Shown here: in pieces, positions 44,917 to 53,159 of the stretch
Layout of the letters: the number at the start of each line of letters is the position of its first letter
How positions within the stretch are numbered: the first letter of the stretch is position 1
Virus record (IMG/VR): IMGVR_UViG_3300014208_000009
Coordinates: 1 to 54,907 of that record
Reading direction: 5' to 3' (one strand)
Length of the DNA stretch: 54,907 nt
From: a virus
Program-made: the position numbers and the translations under genes
Notes under the pieces: generated by a model
The model's database searches: none
Seen by the model: only the letters and a program-made list of their open reading frames with translations
Told to the model about the DNA's origin: nothing

Positions 44917-45630
44917 TTATAGTTTGATGTCGGCTCTTGGTCTTTCATATTTCCCATTTGTAAAAGAACTCGAAGTATAAGCCCCGATGATGCCTAATTG
45001 CCTTAAAATCTCTTTTGTGACAAAATTGTATCTTCCCATCGGGTAAGACGCAAACCGTACTTTTTCCTGGAACTGATGAAGATAGGCTAAATTCTCGATC
45101 CATTCATTGTATTGTTCGTGAGGTTTTAGTAAGTCCATTCTTCGTGGATGAGTAGCCGAATGAAGACCCAATTCATGTCCTTCATCTACTATTATTTGCG
45201 GGTCAATAAATTCAGGCATTTCGGTCTGGTCGCTGATCCAATCCATAATTTCGTCATGTACTTGTGGATCTGAAAAATCCCTGACCCAACGATAAGCCTT
45301 GTCGTTATCGTCATAAAAAGAATATTCAGACAGAAATTCTTTTGGCGGTTGGGGTTTGCTTCCGTATTTTCTCCAAAACTTGACCCAAAAATCAAATCCT
45401 AATCTTTCACGGATAACCCGGTGGCGTTCCATGTCGTTACGATTACAGATAAAGAATATCGCCTTCGACTGATACTTTTTTAAAAGCGGAAAGACGAGTT
45501 CCTGGCACTTTAATCCGTCATCAAAAGATAATTCTTCACCATTGAAAAGAGCCTTTTCTATCTTTTCCAATCCGACTGATCCTACGATTTCGGGATAGCC
45601 GTTGCCGTGTATGTAATGAATAGTTAACAT
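44917..45630 (-). CDS. Polysaccharide deacetylase (NodB/CE4-like)
   Basis: Contains LSFDDGL and GHELGLHSATHP (the HxxxH metal motif). Confidence 0.7.
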   Translation of the reverse strand: MLTIHYIHGNGYPEIVGSVGLEKIEKALFNGEELSFDDGLKCQELVFPLLKKYQSKAIFFICNRNDMERHRVIRERLGFDFWVKFWRKYGSKPQPPKEFLSEYSFYDDNDKAYRWVRDFSDPQVHDEIMDWISDQTEMPEFIDPQIIVDEGHELGLHSATHPRRMDLLKPHEQYNEWIENLAYLHQFQEKVRFASYPMGRYNFVTKEILRQLGIIGAYTSSSFTNGKYERPRADIKL

Positions 45631-46688
45631 ATTGATTCGTAAAATTGTGTTCTTCGTTTGTTCACGTTCATTAAATTAAACCGTTCATGCAGGTCTTCAT
45701 AGAGTTGATTTCCTAAATCTTCAGCTAAAGATTTATTGTCAACCAATCGTTTCATGTTCTTGAACCAGTCTGTCTTATTGTCACAAACTAAACAGTTTTT
45801 GTCAGTCGCCCATTTTTTGTAAGGCATCACGTTAGAAACAATTAGTCCTTTCTTAAAGAAAGCCGCTTCGACCATCTTTAGTTCAGATTTCATCGAATTG
45901 AACTTGGAATCAACTAAGGGTACAAGGCAAACATCAATCAGATTATAGAATTTCGTATAAGTATCTGAAGAGGCCAACCGATAGACCTTCAGTTTATCCA
46001 TTGTCTTGCCGTGTGAACACATAATATCGGCAAACTGATCGTAAAGGCTTCCGGGTTTTCCGTCATGCCCGAACAAATAAATATTCCAGTTCTGAGAAAC
46101 CGCATTAAGACGTTCAGGAGAAGTTTCCAATAACTTAATGTCTGGAAGGTGACAATGCCCACCAATCCAACCGAACCGCATCAAGTCGGATTTTTCAGGT
46201 TCATTGGCAAACTGATATAAAAAAGGATTGATAGCATTCTCGAAAACGTGGACTTTCCGATTGATTTTACGGATCTCGTCTGCCAGTAACTTAGTAGTGG
46301 TCGTAACATAGTCAAATTCCCGAAGAGCGTCGATCAATACTTTCGTTGTGCCGTTCTTTTTATACATCGAATACAAAAGATGATCCTGCGGTAACGCCCA
46401 GTAGTCGTCATAATCTATTATCGTCTTGACCCCAGCTTTCTTTAGCCTGTCAAGAACGGGCATGACCTGAATGAAATAACTCTTTGATACAAAGAGAATA
46501 TCCCCCAACAAATCTTGATAGTTGGTAGAATCTGTAAACACTACGTCATCCATTAATTCATGAGGCATCCTGATCCGATAAAGGCCCGTACCCCCGTAAG
46601 TTTTAGGAATCCAACAGACAATTTTCAAAGCGGTGTCCTTCCAAATTAAAGTTAATAAACGGGTTAATACTTGTAACAGAAACGCCAT
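45624..46688 (-). CDS. Glycosyltransferase, GT-B-like (354 aa)
   Basis: Contains KIVCWIPKTYGGTGLYR at the N-terminus and SELKMVEAAFFKKGLIVS (E-x7-E-like) near the C-terminus. An alternative TTG start at 46628 would reduce the 86-nt overlap. Confidence 0.55.
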   Translation of the reverse strand: MAFLLQVLTRLLTLIWKDTALKIVCWIPKTYGGTGLYRIRMPHELMDDVVFTDSTNYQDLLGDILFVSKSYFIQVMPVLDRLKKAGVKTIIDYDDYWALPQDHLLYSMYKKNGTTKVLIDALREFDYVTTTTKLLADEIRKINRKVHVFENAINPFLYQFANEPEKSDLMRFGWIGGHCHLPDIKLLETSPERLNAVSQNWNIYLFGHDGKPGSLYDQFADIMCSHGKTMDKLKVYRLASSDTYTKFYNLIDVCLVPLVDSKFNSMKSELKMVEAAFFKKGLIVSNVMPYKKWATDKNCLVCDNKTDWFKNMKRLVDNKSLAEDLGNQLYEDLHERFNLMNVNKRRTQFYESIC

Positions 46689-47244
46689 GCGCCCGAACTT
46701 CGTTTATGATAAGTTCAAGTTGTTCATTTACGGCAACCATGTGGTTTGTTGGAGTTGGGAACTTATACCCGCTATAATTGATTTCGTCATCAATCATTCC
46801 CCCGTCAACCCCCGAAAGAATAATATTTTTAGCCCCCAACAAATAAGCAAAATGGATAGCCGTTGTGATAATAGTCCCTCCGGCAATCAAGTAATTAGGG
46901 GTATCGAAAACGCTCAAGTCAATTTCGGTAAACTGTTGTTCTAAATGTTTATAGACATAATAATCACCATTAAAGATAGTAGAATGATGCGTTTTATTGA
47001 AAATACACATTTCCCTTTCGCTTGTAACGACAATCAATCCATTATTAAAAAAAGGTCGCAAAACAAAATAATGATGACTGATAATGTATTTACATTTTAC
47101 CCTCAAAGGAACGGTATTTACACCGATGACGATTTTATTATCCCAAAATCCATCAGGAATATAGTCAATAGATTTTCCCGAACCGATAACATAAATATCT
47201 TTCCCTTGTTCGGAACCACGCAATATTTCAATATCATTAGCCAT
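46603..47244 (-). CDS. MptE-like/DUF115 (Maf-type glycosyltransferase-like) protein, paralogue A
   Basis: Contains DIYVIGSGKS, IVIGVN, GGTIITTAIHFAYLLGAKNIILSGVDGG and SINPFINFNLEGHRF. Confidence 0.55.
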   Translation of the reverse strand: MANDIEILRGSEQGKDIYVIGSGKSIDYIPDGFWDNKIVIGVNTVPLRVKCKYIISHHYFVLRPFFNNGLIVVTSEREMCIFNKTHHSTIFNGDYYVYKHLEQQFTEIDLSVFDTPNYLIAGGTIITTAIHFAYLLGAKNIILSGVDGGMIDDEINYSGYKFPTPTNHMVAVNEQLELIINEVRAHGVSVTSINPFINFNLEGHRFENCLLDS

Positions 47245-47872
47245 TAAACGTATGCCCTTCTAAATTAAGGTTAATAAACGGATTCAAAGAATAAACACCT
47301 ATCTTCTTTCGGATATGATTACAGACAATCTTAACTTGTGGTTCAATGTCTGTGATATGTTGCGGATTGGTTGCGCCATAGGGATAATTCTTAACGCTTA
47401 TCTTTCCATCAATAGATCCCCCGTCTATTCCTGCAAGAATGATATTAGTCGCACCGATCTTATAGGCTAAGTGAATGGCTGAAGAAGTCGTACCGCCTAC
47501 GATTAAACTTTCAGGATCATCAAAGTCGCTTAAATCAATATCCTTATAACCTATGTTCCTATTATCATAGATATACAAGAAATTATTTTTATGCTTGAAC
47601 GTGCAGTATTTTCCGGTTAGTTTAACGTGCTTTCTTCCATAAACGCCCATTTCGTGTTCGGGACAGATACCTAAAACATGGTTGTCAATCATTTCCTGAA
47701 TAACGGTCGAATGATTTGAAATTCCATACGTTACAGGAAAAAGTTTATGGATATGATTAATCCCTATTACAATTTTCCCCTTGAAAAACGAAGGATGAAT
47801 AAAGTTTAAGGAACTGCCTGATCCTAAAACATAAACATCTTGGTTGTATTTTGGTAGTTCTGAAATGTTCAT
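47237..47872 (-). CDS. MptE-like/DUF115 protein, paralogue B
   Basis: Contains DVYVLGSGSS, IVIGIN, GGTTSSAIHLAYKIGATNIILAGIDGG and SLNPFINLNLEGHTF. It is collinear with paralogue A. Confidence 0.55.
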   Translation of the reverse strand: MNISELPKYNQDVYVLGSGSSLNFIHPSFFKGKIVIGINHIHKLFPVTYGISNHSTVIQEMIDNHVLGICPEHEMGVYGRKHVKLTGKYCTFKHKNNFLYIYDNRNIGYKDIDLSDFDDPESLIVGGTTSSAIHLAYKIGATNIILAGIDGGSIDGKISVKNYPYGATNPQHITDIEPQVKIVCNHIRKKIGVYSLNPFINLNLEGHTFNG

Positions 47873-48462
47873 GTCGTTTCAACGTCTAACCATTTGTAAC
47901 CAAGTATTTTACGGTACTTATTATAGTCGCCCCAATTACTTCCTAACTGATGCCAAGTATGTGAGTGATGAGCGAAGAAATTAACCGGAAGAAATAAATC
48001 TTCGTGGTATTCAAAGGCATCAATATCAATGGTGTAGTTCTTTAAACCCAAGTTCCGGGTCTGCATACACATATCTTCCACGTACAAATGAAAACTGTCA
48101 AAGGTCTTTTCATCGAACATCAACCCGTAATCGGTGTTAATGACTATACAACACGAATCAACCGTGATAACCTCCTGAATAAGTCCTTTTCTGCCCCAAA
48201 TCGTGCCTTTGTTGCTTCCGACAGCCCCTAATGCACCAAAGTCAGGATGGGCTTTAATCGTTCGCTCGATGGCTTCTTTCAAGCCGTTACTTGTTACGTC
48301 TGCATGGATAAAGCAAAGATACTGCTCGCTTGACTTTCTGATGTGCTTGTTATACACTCTGGCCGGAGAATCGGTCGAAGGATGAACCTTTACGTCTAAG
48401 TCAGACTTCCCTAAGTATTTTGAGTAAACCCCGTTGTCGATTGTAAAAAATCCTATATCCAT
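47869..48462 (-). CDS. GT-A-fold glycosyltransferase-like protein (197 aa)
   Basis: Contains YLCFIHADV (DxD-position variant) and FHLYVEDMCMQTRNLG (ED..R..G, as in GT2). Confidence 0.5.
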   Translation of the reverse strand: MDIGFFTIDNGVYSKYLGKSDLDVKVHPSTDSPARVYNKHIRKSSEQYLCFIHADVTSNGLKEAIERTIKAHPDFGALGAVGSNKGTIWGRKGLIQEVITVDSCCIVINTDYGLMFDEKTFDSFHLYVEDMCMQTRNLGLKNYTIDIDAFEYHEDLFLPVNFFAHHSHTWHQLGSNWGDYNKYRKILGYKWLDVETT

Positions 48463-48463
48463 A

Positions 48464-49084
48464 TTAAAATATCCTTAGTTGTGCTTTATGAGTTTCAAAT
48501 CTTTTCACGGCATCACGGTAATAATCAGGGTCTAACTCGATCCAGTCCAGATCAAAGCCCAAATTGTGACAGGCGATGCAGATTGAACCAGAACCGCCGT
48601 GCGTGTCAAGTATCTTGTCGCCGGGTTTGGCGTAGTTTTCCAATATCCATTGGTATAATTCTAATGGTTTTTGAGTTGGATGGATTTTATCTTCACTATT
48701 ATTTCCACTCCATTTCGTAACCATTTTTAATGCCCGATTAAAAGACGTATAGGCAAGTTCTCCATCTGAAAAATCACCACCTATTCTTTTATCCCAAAAT
48801 ATCCATCCCATTGAAGGGGGTAAAAATTCAGTAAAATAGTTTGCCCCGAAAATAATTTGGTTTTTCGATACCCGTACAAGTTGATCGAAATATTCCTTAG
48901 TCGGTCTATCGTTATCCCAATTTTTAGACTTATGCACAACGGTATAGTTATGCTTTTTCCTTGTTCGGCAATGCCCATTTTCACCAATCCCATACGGCGG
49001 ATCAACAATAGCCAGATCCCAAAACTTGTCCGGATTGTCAGCCATAAAGTCCATGCAGTCTATGTTATATAGGTTTATGTCCAT
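48464..49084 (-). CDS. DNA methyltransferase, beta-class N6-adenine/N4-cytosine (DPPY)
   Basis: Contains AIVDPPYGIG (motif IV) followed by HPTQKPLELYQWIL and ILDTHGGSGS (motif I). Confidence 0.85.
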   Translation of the reverse strand: MDINLYNIDCMDFMADNPDKFWDLAIVDPPYGIGENGHCRTRKKHNYTVVHKSKNWDNDRPTKEYFDQLVRVSKNQIIFGANYFTEFLPPSMGWIFWDKRIGGDFSDGELAYTSFNRALKMVTKWSGNNSEDKIHPTQKPLELYQWILENYAKPGDKILDTHGGSGSICIACHNLGFDLDWIELDPDYYRDAVKRFETHKAQLRIF

Positions 49085-49728
49085 TTTTCTTTTGCTTTTT
49101 GGTATTTTTCTTCTTGCCCTGAAGTTAGTTCTTTTAAATCACTTGATTTTAGTAAGGTAGTCGAAGGGTTATGTTTGACCTTGCAACTCGCCACAAGAGC
49201 GTGCTTGATTTTAAAATGCTTCAAAATGTCTGCGTAAAGATCGTCTGATTTCCAAAATCGTACTTCTTCAGGGAATCCCCCTATGCGTTCCATTATTCCC
49301 CGGTGAAGAATAAGACACCAACCGCAAAGTTCATATCCTATTCGATAACCTTCTACTACGCCTTTCATTCCTTCGTGGAATTTCCAACCCGGATTCAGAC
49401 AACTCAAAGACTTATAGCCGTGATCTATACAGTCCGCCCAGTTTCCCAAAAATTCCACGTCGTTATTTGAAAAACAAACCCAATCGGCTGAAGTCAATTT
49501 AAAACCTTTGTTTAAGGATTGATTGTAATTGAAAGGCTTGTCCTGAAGAATCGTAGTTGCACCGTGATATTCGATAGGATATTCTCCTACCACAATAACC
49601 CGTCCTAAACAGGTCTTATGAAAGGAATCAATACAATTCTTCGTCATACTGATTAATTCCTTTGTCCGTCCACTACTGACAATAACAAGGTCAATCAAAT
49701 GGCCGGAATCCCAACGGATCATTTCCAT
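49075..49728 (-). CDS. Family-2 glycosyltransferase
   Basis: Contains LVIVSSGR, FNYNQSLNKG, VCFSNNDVEF, GWCLILHRGIMERIGGFPE and SDDLYADIL. Confidence 0.7.
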   Translation of the reverse strand: MEMIRWDSGHLIDLVIVSSGRTKELISMTKNCIDSFHKTCLGRVIVVGEYPIEYHGATTILQDKPFNYNQSLNKGFKLTSADWVCFSNNDVEFLGNWADCIDHGYKSLSCLNPGWKFHEGMKGVVEGYRIGYELCGWCLILHRGIMERIGGFPEEVRFWKSDDLYADILKHFKIKHALVASCKVKHNPSTTLLKSSDLKELTSGQEEKYQKAKEKWT

Positions 49729-50365
49729 TTCTAAACAAGATTTCGTTTTGTGCGATTAGTTTATCCTTTTCTTTTTGGCTTATCGAAGAACCCGGTTGCC
49801 AATCAAACCCGTCATACGAACCGAGTGCATCGAAAGACCAAATATAGTCTTGAACATTTTTAGGCGTGATCCAGGGATAAGGGATTAAGCCGTTACGGTA
49901 AATCCGCATGGTATATTCAACGTGTTCAAACCCATAGAACCCAAACTTGGCGTTCATGCCCCCTACTCTTTTAAGGACGGTTTGGTCGATCATCATGCAA
50001 CACCCTAAAGCACCGTTCCAGTAAGCGTTCTTTCCTTCGTATTTCTTTACATATTGCGGAGGTCGTGCAGCATGGGCGTAGTGATGTTCGCCTTCGTAGA
50101 TTTCCCACCACTTATCTTTAATAGGAAAACAGTCGTCGTCAAAGAGGAAGATTTTTTTGTAATCTTTTAGAAGTGAGATACACTTGTTTTTACTCTTTGC
50201 GACCCCTAACCTTTTTTCATTCCTGATACAACGTGACGAACACCCACCTTTTGAATGATCGTCAATAACGACAATATCCCCGCCAAACTTATCAAACTGC
50301 GATAGGGTAAACTCTAACAGTTTAGGTCGGTTGTAGGTTGTAATCCCAATGCCAAAGTCATTCAT
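49691..50365 (-). CDS. Family-2 glycosyltransferase
   Basis: Contains GIGITTYNRPKLLEFTL, VVIDDHS, IFLFDDDCF, CCMMIDQTVLKRVGGMN and FEHVEYTMRIYRNG. Confidence 0.75.
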   Translation of the reverse strand: MNDFGIGITTYNRPKLLEFTLSQFDKFGGDIVVIDDHSKGGCSSRCIRNEKRLGVAKSKNKCISLLKDYKKIFLFDDDCFPIKDKWWEIYEGEHHYAHAARPPQYVKKYEGKNAYWNGALGCCMMIDQTVLKRVGGMNAKFGFYGFEHVEYTMRIYRNGLIPYPWITPKNVQDYIWSFDALGSYDGFDWQPGSSISQKEKDKLIAQNEILFRNGNDPLGFRPFD

Positions 50366-50720
50366 TAGGTTCTCCTGTCAATGCTTTATTAATTGCTGAT
50401 ATGGCATTTCTTTGCGCAATTTGCCAATTCATTGTACTATGGGGGTCTTCTCCCTTTCCGCTTGCCATAAATAACAAATCTTTCAATGCGCTTAATAATT
50501 CAGGTGCGGCAGCAATTAGCCTCACATTAGCCTCCGTTTCCGATAAGTCCTGTAATGCCGTTTGGACATCTTCATCAAATTCGTATTGAGCGAATACCAG
50601 ACAAATATCAACATCAATACCCATTCTTTCACAGGTTACTACGTTTTCGTCACCATTGCCAAGGTAAACGATGTTGCTTCCATTACAAAACCATGGTGCT
50701 GGTGTATGTTTTGTTTCCAT
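50358..50720 (-). CDS. Hypothetical protein (120 aa) with an HTPAPW N-terminus and an AAPELLSALKDLL segment
   Basis: I recognise this motif pair from small phage proteins of unknown function. Confidence 0.55.
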   Translation of the reverse strand: METKHTPAPWFCNGSNIVYLGNGDENVVTCERMGIDVDICLVFAQYEFDEDVQTALQDLSETEANVRLIAAAPELLSALKDLLFMASGKGEDPHSTMNWQIAQRNAISAINKALTGEPNE

Positions 50721-50730
50721 TTATTATTTA

Positions 50731-50958
50731 TTATTTAACAAGATCATCGAGTGCTAATTCAAATAATATCCATGCAAATTCTTTGTTTTTCAGTTGGCTT
50801 TTATAAAAGCCAATGACAATCTCAAGATCAAGTTCTTCGCTTTTTAGTATTACTGGATAGTTTGGCATTCCGCACATTTGTCCTCCCCTTTCTGGAGGTC
50901 TTTTACTATCCCATTTTACGTTTTTCTTAATCTGATCCTTAATGTCCTTTATGTCCAT
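50731..50958 (-). CDS. Hypothetical protein (75 aa)
   Basis: ATG start on the coding strand. Confidence 0.5.
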   Translation of the reverse strand: MDIKDIKDQIKKNVKWDSKRPPERGGQMCGMPNYPVILKSEELDLEIVIGFYKSQLKNKEFAWILFELALDDLVK

Positions 50959-51091
50959 AGTCTTGTTCTATTTTCTCTTGATTTACTTGTTCGCATAGTA
51001 TTTGAAAATCATCTGTTCCGCACAGTTCGCAAGGATAACCTTTCGGATAAGGACATTCATCGCATTCTGATTGTTGCCTATTTGTGTTCAT
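50939..51091 (-). CDS. Micro-ORF, zinc-ribbon peptide (50 aa)
   Basis: My own translation: MNTNRQQSECDECPYPKGYPCELCGTDDFQILCEQ... with CxxC-x7-CxxC. Confidence 0.4.
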   Translation of the reverse strand: MNTNRQQSECDECPYPKGYPCELCGTDDFQILCEQVNQEKIEQDYGHKGH

Positions 51092-51123
51092 TGGCTAATT
51101 CCTTTTTTTATGTCCGTAAACTA

Positions 51124-51423
51124 CTAAGACCCGTTGTCTATGGTAGGTTGTGATCCCGATTGCGAAATCCATGATTCTTGCTGTATAATATCAAATTCCT
51201 GTTTATAAACTCTTCTGTAATCCGGGTGTAATCCTTGTTCAAGTTGTTCTAACTGGTGCGGTAAATGTTCAAATTTCGCCCATAGTTCATATCTTGGCGT
51301 ACAAACCGGAGAACCGTTAGGAAAGAACCGATACCCTGCCGTCCGTTGCATAAAGATCGCAAACCGTGAAAAAGGCTCATCTAAAGCGTACCGAAGAAGT
51401 TTATTATACTCGGCATCAGTCAT
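51124..51423 (-). CDS. Hypothetical protein (99 aa from the ATG)
   Basis: The track start at 51456 is GTG. The ATG (MTDAEYNKLL) at 51423 overlaps the MTase stop region by 8 nt. Confidence 0.5.
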   Translation of the reverse strand: MTDAEYNKLLRYALDEPFSRFAIFMQRTAGYRFFPNGSPVCTPRYELWAKFEHLPHQLEQLEQGLHPDYRRVYKQEFDIIQQESWISQSGSQPTIDNGS

Positions 51424-52072
51424 TTTTGACGCTGTTGGAAGGCTCGGTATTGTCACCTTTGAAGATAATGATTAGGTTATGGTAGAAGTGAATACTGAAA
51501 ATCCATTCATCAAAATAAGTTGGAATATATCCTTTTCGCCTGACTTCTTTATAATTTAACCCATCGGTCAGGGCTTTGAAATAGTCCGTAGCCTTTATAG
51601 TTGGGCTTAGTTCGGGAAAGTAAGACGTTTGAGTATCTTCGATTACATAAGTCCCGCCTTCATTTAACTGGTGAAACATGACCTCAAAAGTATGGATCTG
51701 ATCTTCGCTTCGATGGCTACCATCGTCAAAAATCAGGTCAAACCAACCTAACGAGTGCATGAAGGCATCATCCGTCTGACTTCCATGCCTGAAAGAATAT
51801 CCCGTATCTTTTACGTTCTTTTTGACAATATCCGTAACAACGATTTCCGAATTAGGAAAGTAGTCACGAAATGTTCTCGCTGATTCACCCCCAAGATTCG
51901 GCTCGTTGTAGCCGTTTTTTTCAGACCAACCCCCATAACCTATCTCTAAGATGCGAAGTTGATCTTTACGTCTGAACTGGAAATACTGATTATAGATAGG
52001 GGTATAATGGTGACAACCCTCTTTAAACTTGTCGGTTCCATATTTAATCGCTAACTGACTTAGCTTATCCAT
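51416..52072 (-). CDS. Class I SAM-dependent methyltransferase (sugar/O-methyltransferase-like)
   Basis: Contains AIKYGTDKFKEGCHHYTPIYNQYF then ILEIGYGGW and FDLIFDDGSH. I associate this pattern with methyltransferases found in glycan gene clusters. Confidence 0.65.
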   Translation of the reverse strand: MDKLSQLAIKYGTDKFKEGCHHYTPIYNQYFQFRRKDQLRILEIGYGGWSEKNGYNEPNLGGESARTFRDYFPNSEIVVTDIVKKNVKDTGYSFRHGSQTDDAFMHSLGWFDLIFDDGSHRSEDQIHTFEVMFHQLNEGGTYVIEDTQTSYFPELSPTIKATDYFKALTDGLNYKEVRRKGYIPTYFDEWIFSIHFYHNLIIIFKGDNTEPSNSVKND

Positions 52073-52076
52073 GAAC

Positions 52077-52084
52077 CAAATATA
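52077..52084 (-). promoter_or_regulatory. -7 box TATATTTG, 4 nt upstream of the island's first ATG
   Basis: The minus strand reads TTGTTATATTTGGTTCATG. The -33 is weak (TTCG). If used, the mRNA would have almost no leader. Confidence 0.3.
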
Positions 52085-52086
52085 AC

Positions 52087-52116
52087 AAAAAAAAGGAAAA
52101 ACCCGAAGATTTCTCC
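52087..52116 (-). terminator. Rho-independent terminator after the major capsid gene
   Basis: The minus strand reads GGAGAAAUC-UUCG-GGUUUUUCC (9-bp stem with two G-U pairs and a UUCG tetraloop) followed by 8 U. Confidence 0.8.
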
Positions 52117-52140
52117 TTTTTTCTTGAAAAAAGTTAACAA

Positions 52141-53157
52141 TTAAGTCGTTTTCAACCCAAATTTGAAGATCGGGGTTTCGGTTGCGGTCGTGATCGGGGC
52201 TTTCACCAGACCAAAATCACAAGTGATTTCCCAAACGGTTAGTAAGTCCTGAACCTCGCCTCCAAGTGAAACAGACGTATCGCAGGACGATTTCTTAAAC
52301 ACCGACCAAGTGATCGGCAATCCAAATAAGTCACCCATTGTAGTCCAGACATTCTCTCCCGATACAAGACCTTCCACGTTAAGCGGAGGAATCCAGTCAA
52401 GCAGGGCAACCGAGTACGGATTAAATACATAACTGTTAATCAAGTAATCGGAAGCAGTGGTAACGTAGTTCGATTCGTGGAAAAGAATGTTACCATACTG
52501 ATAAGCCTGGTTGGCGGAGTTACCCGGCCCCTGTGCCAGTTGTTCCATCATGACGGCCCCGGCAGCGATATTCTGGATGGCATCCAGTTCACCCCTGTAA
52601 AGGTTTTCACGCATGACGGTCTGCATATAATTATAATAACGGGTCTTGTCGGCAACAGCAACATCGTAAATGTCATTGGTTCCGTCCCAAGTACCCATCC
52701 ATGCAGAACCGTTGTTTACGCCTGTTTTGTTGGCTTCAAGATACGCCACGATAGCGGTTTCAAGGGCTTCGTGTGCGTTCAGCATCCCACCGTACAGGTC
52801 ATTGGCGAAAGCCTGCTGTGCGGAATAGTAGTTGTTCTGGAACAGCTTTTTGGATTCATATACGGTAAACCCAATCGTTGACCAGGTTATCGTTGCTGCG
52901 GAAGAATCCCCGAAGGCGGCAGTCGGGCTACAACTTCTTGCGGAAATTGTGGACTGCGTGGTTTTGTCCAGATAACGGACGGTCGTGGTTCTTTGTGGCG
53001 ACTTTCTGATGTCCGAAAGATTGGGAATGGAATAATCCCTGTATTTCAGGAAAGTTTCTGTCGCCCCGAAAAAACCCGGACGCATCTCATGTGCATTGAA
53101 GCGGTCGGTAATAATACCAACGGCATCAAGTAAAATCGAAGGTTGATAATTAGCCAT
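52141..53157 (-). CDS. Major capsid protein candidate (338 aa)
   Basis: It follows the scaffold-like gene after a 2-nt gap. Its size is typical for a capsid protein and a strong terminator follows it. No motif-level proof. Confidence 0.6.
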   Translation of the reverse strand: MANYQPSILLDAVGIITDRFNAHEMRPGFFGATETFLKYRDYSIPNLSDIRKSPQRTTTVRYLDKTTQSTISARSCSPTAAFGDSSAATITWSTIGFTVYESKKLFQNNYYSAQQAFANDLYGGMLNAHEALETAIVAYLEANKTGVNNGSAWMGTWDGTNDIYDVAVADKTRYYNYMQTVMRENLYRGELDAIQNIAAGAVMMEQLAQGPGNSANQAYQYGNILFHESNYVTTASDYLINSYVFNPYSVALLDWIPPLNVEGLVSGENVWTTMGDLFGLPITWSVFKKSSCDTSVSLGGEVQDLLTVWEITCDFGLVKAPITTATETPIFKFGLKTT

Positions 53158-53159
53158 TG

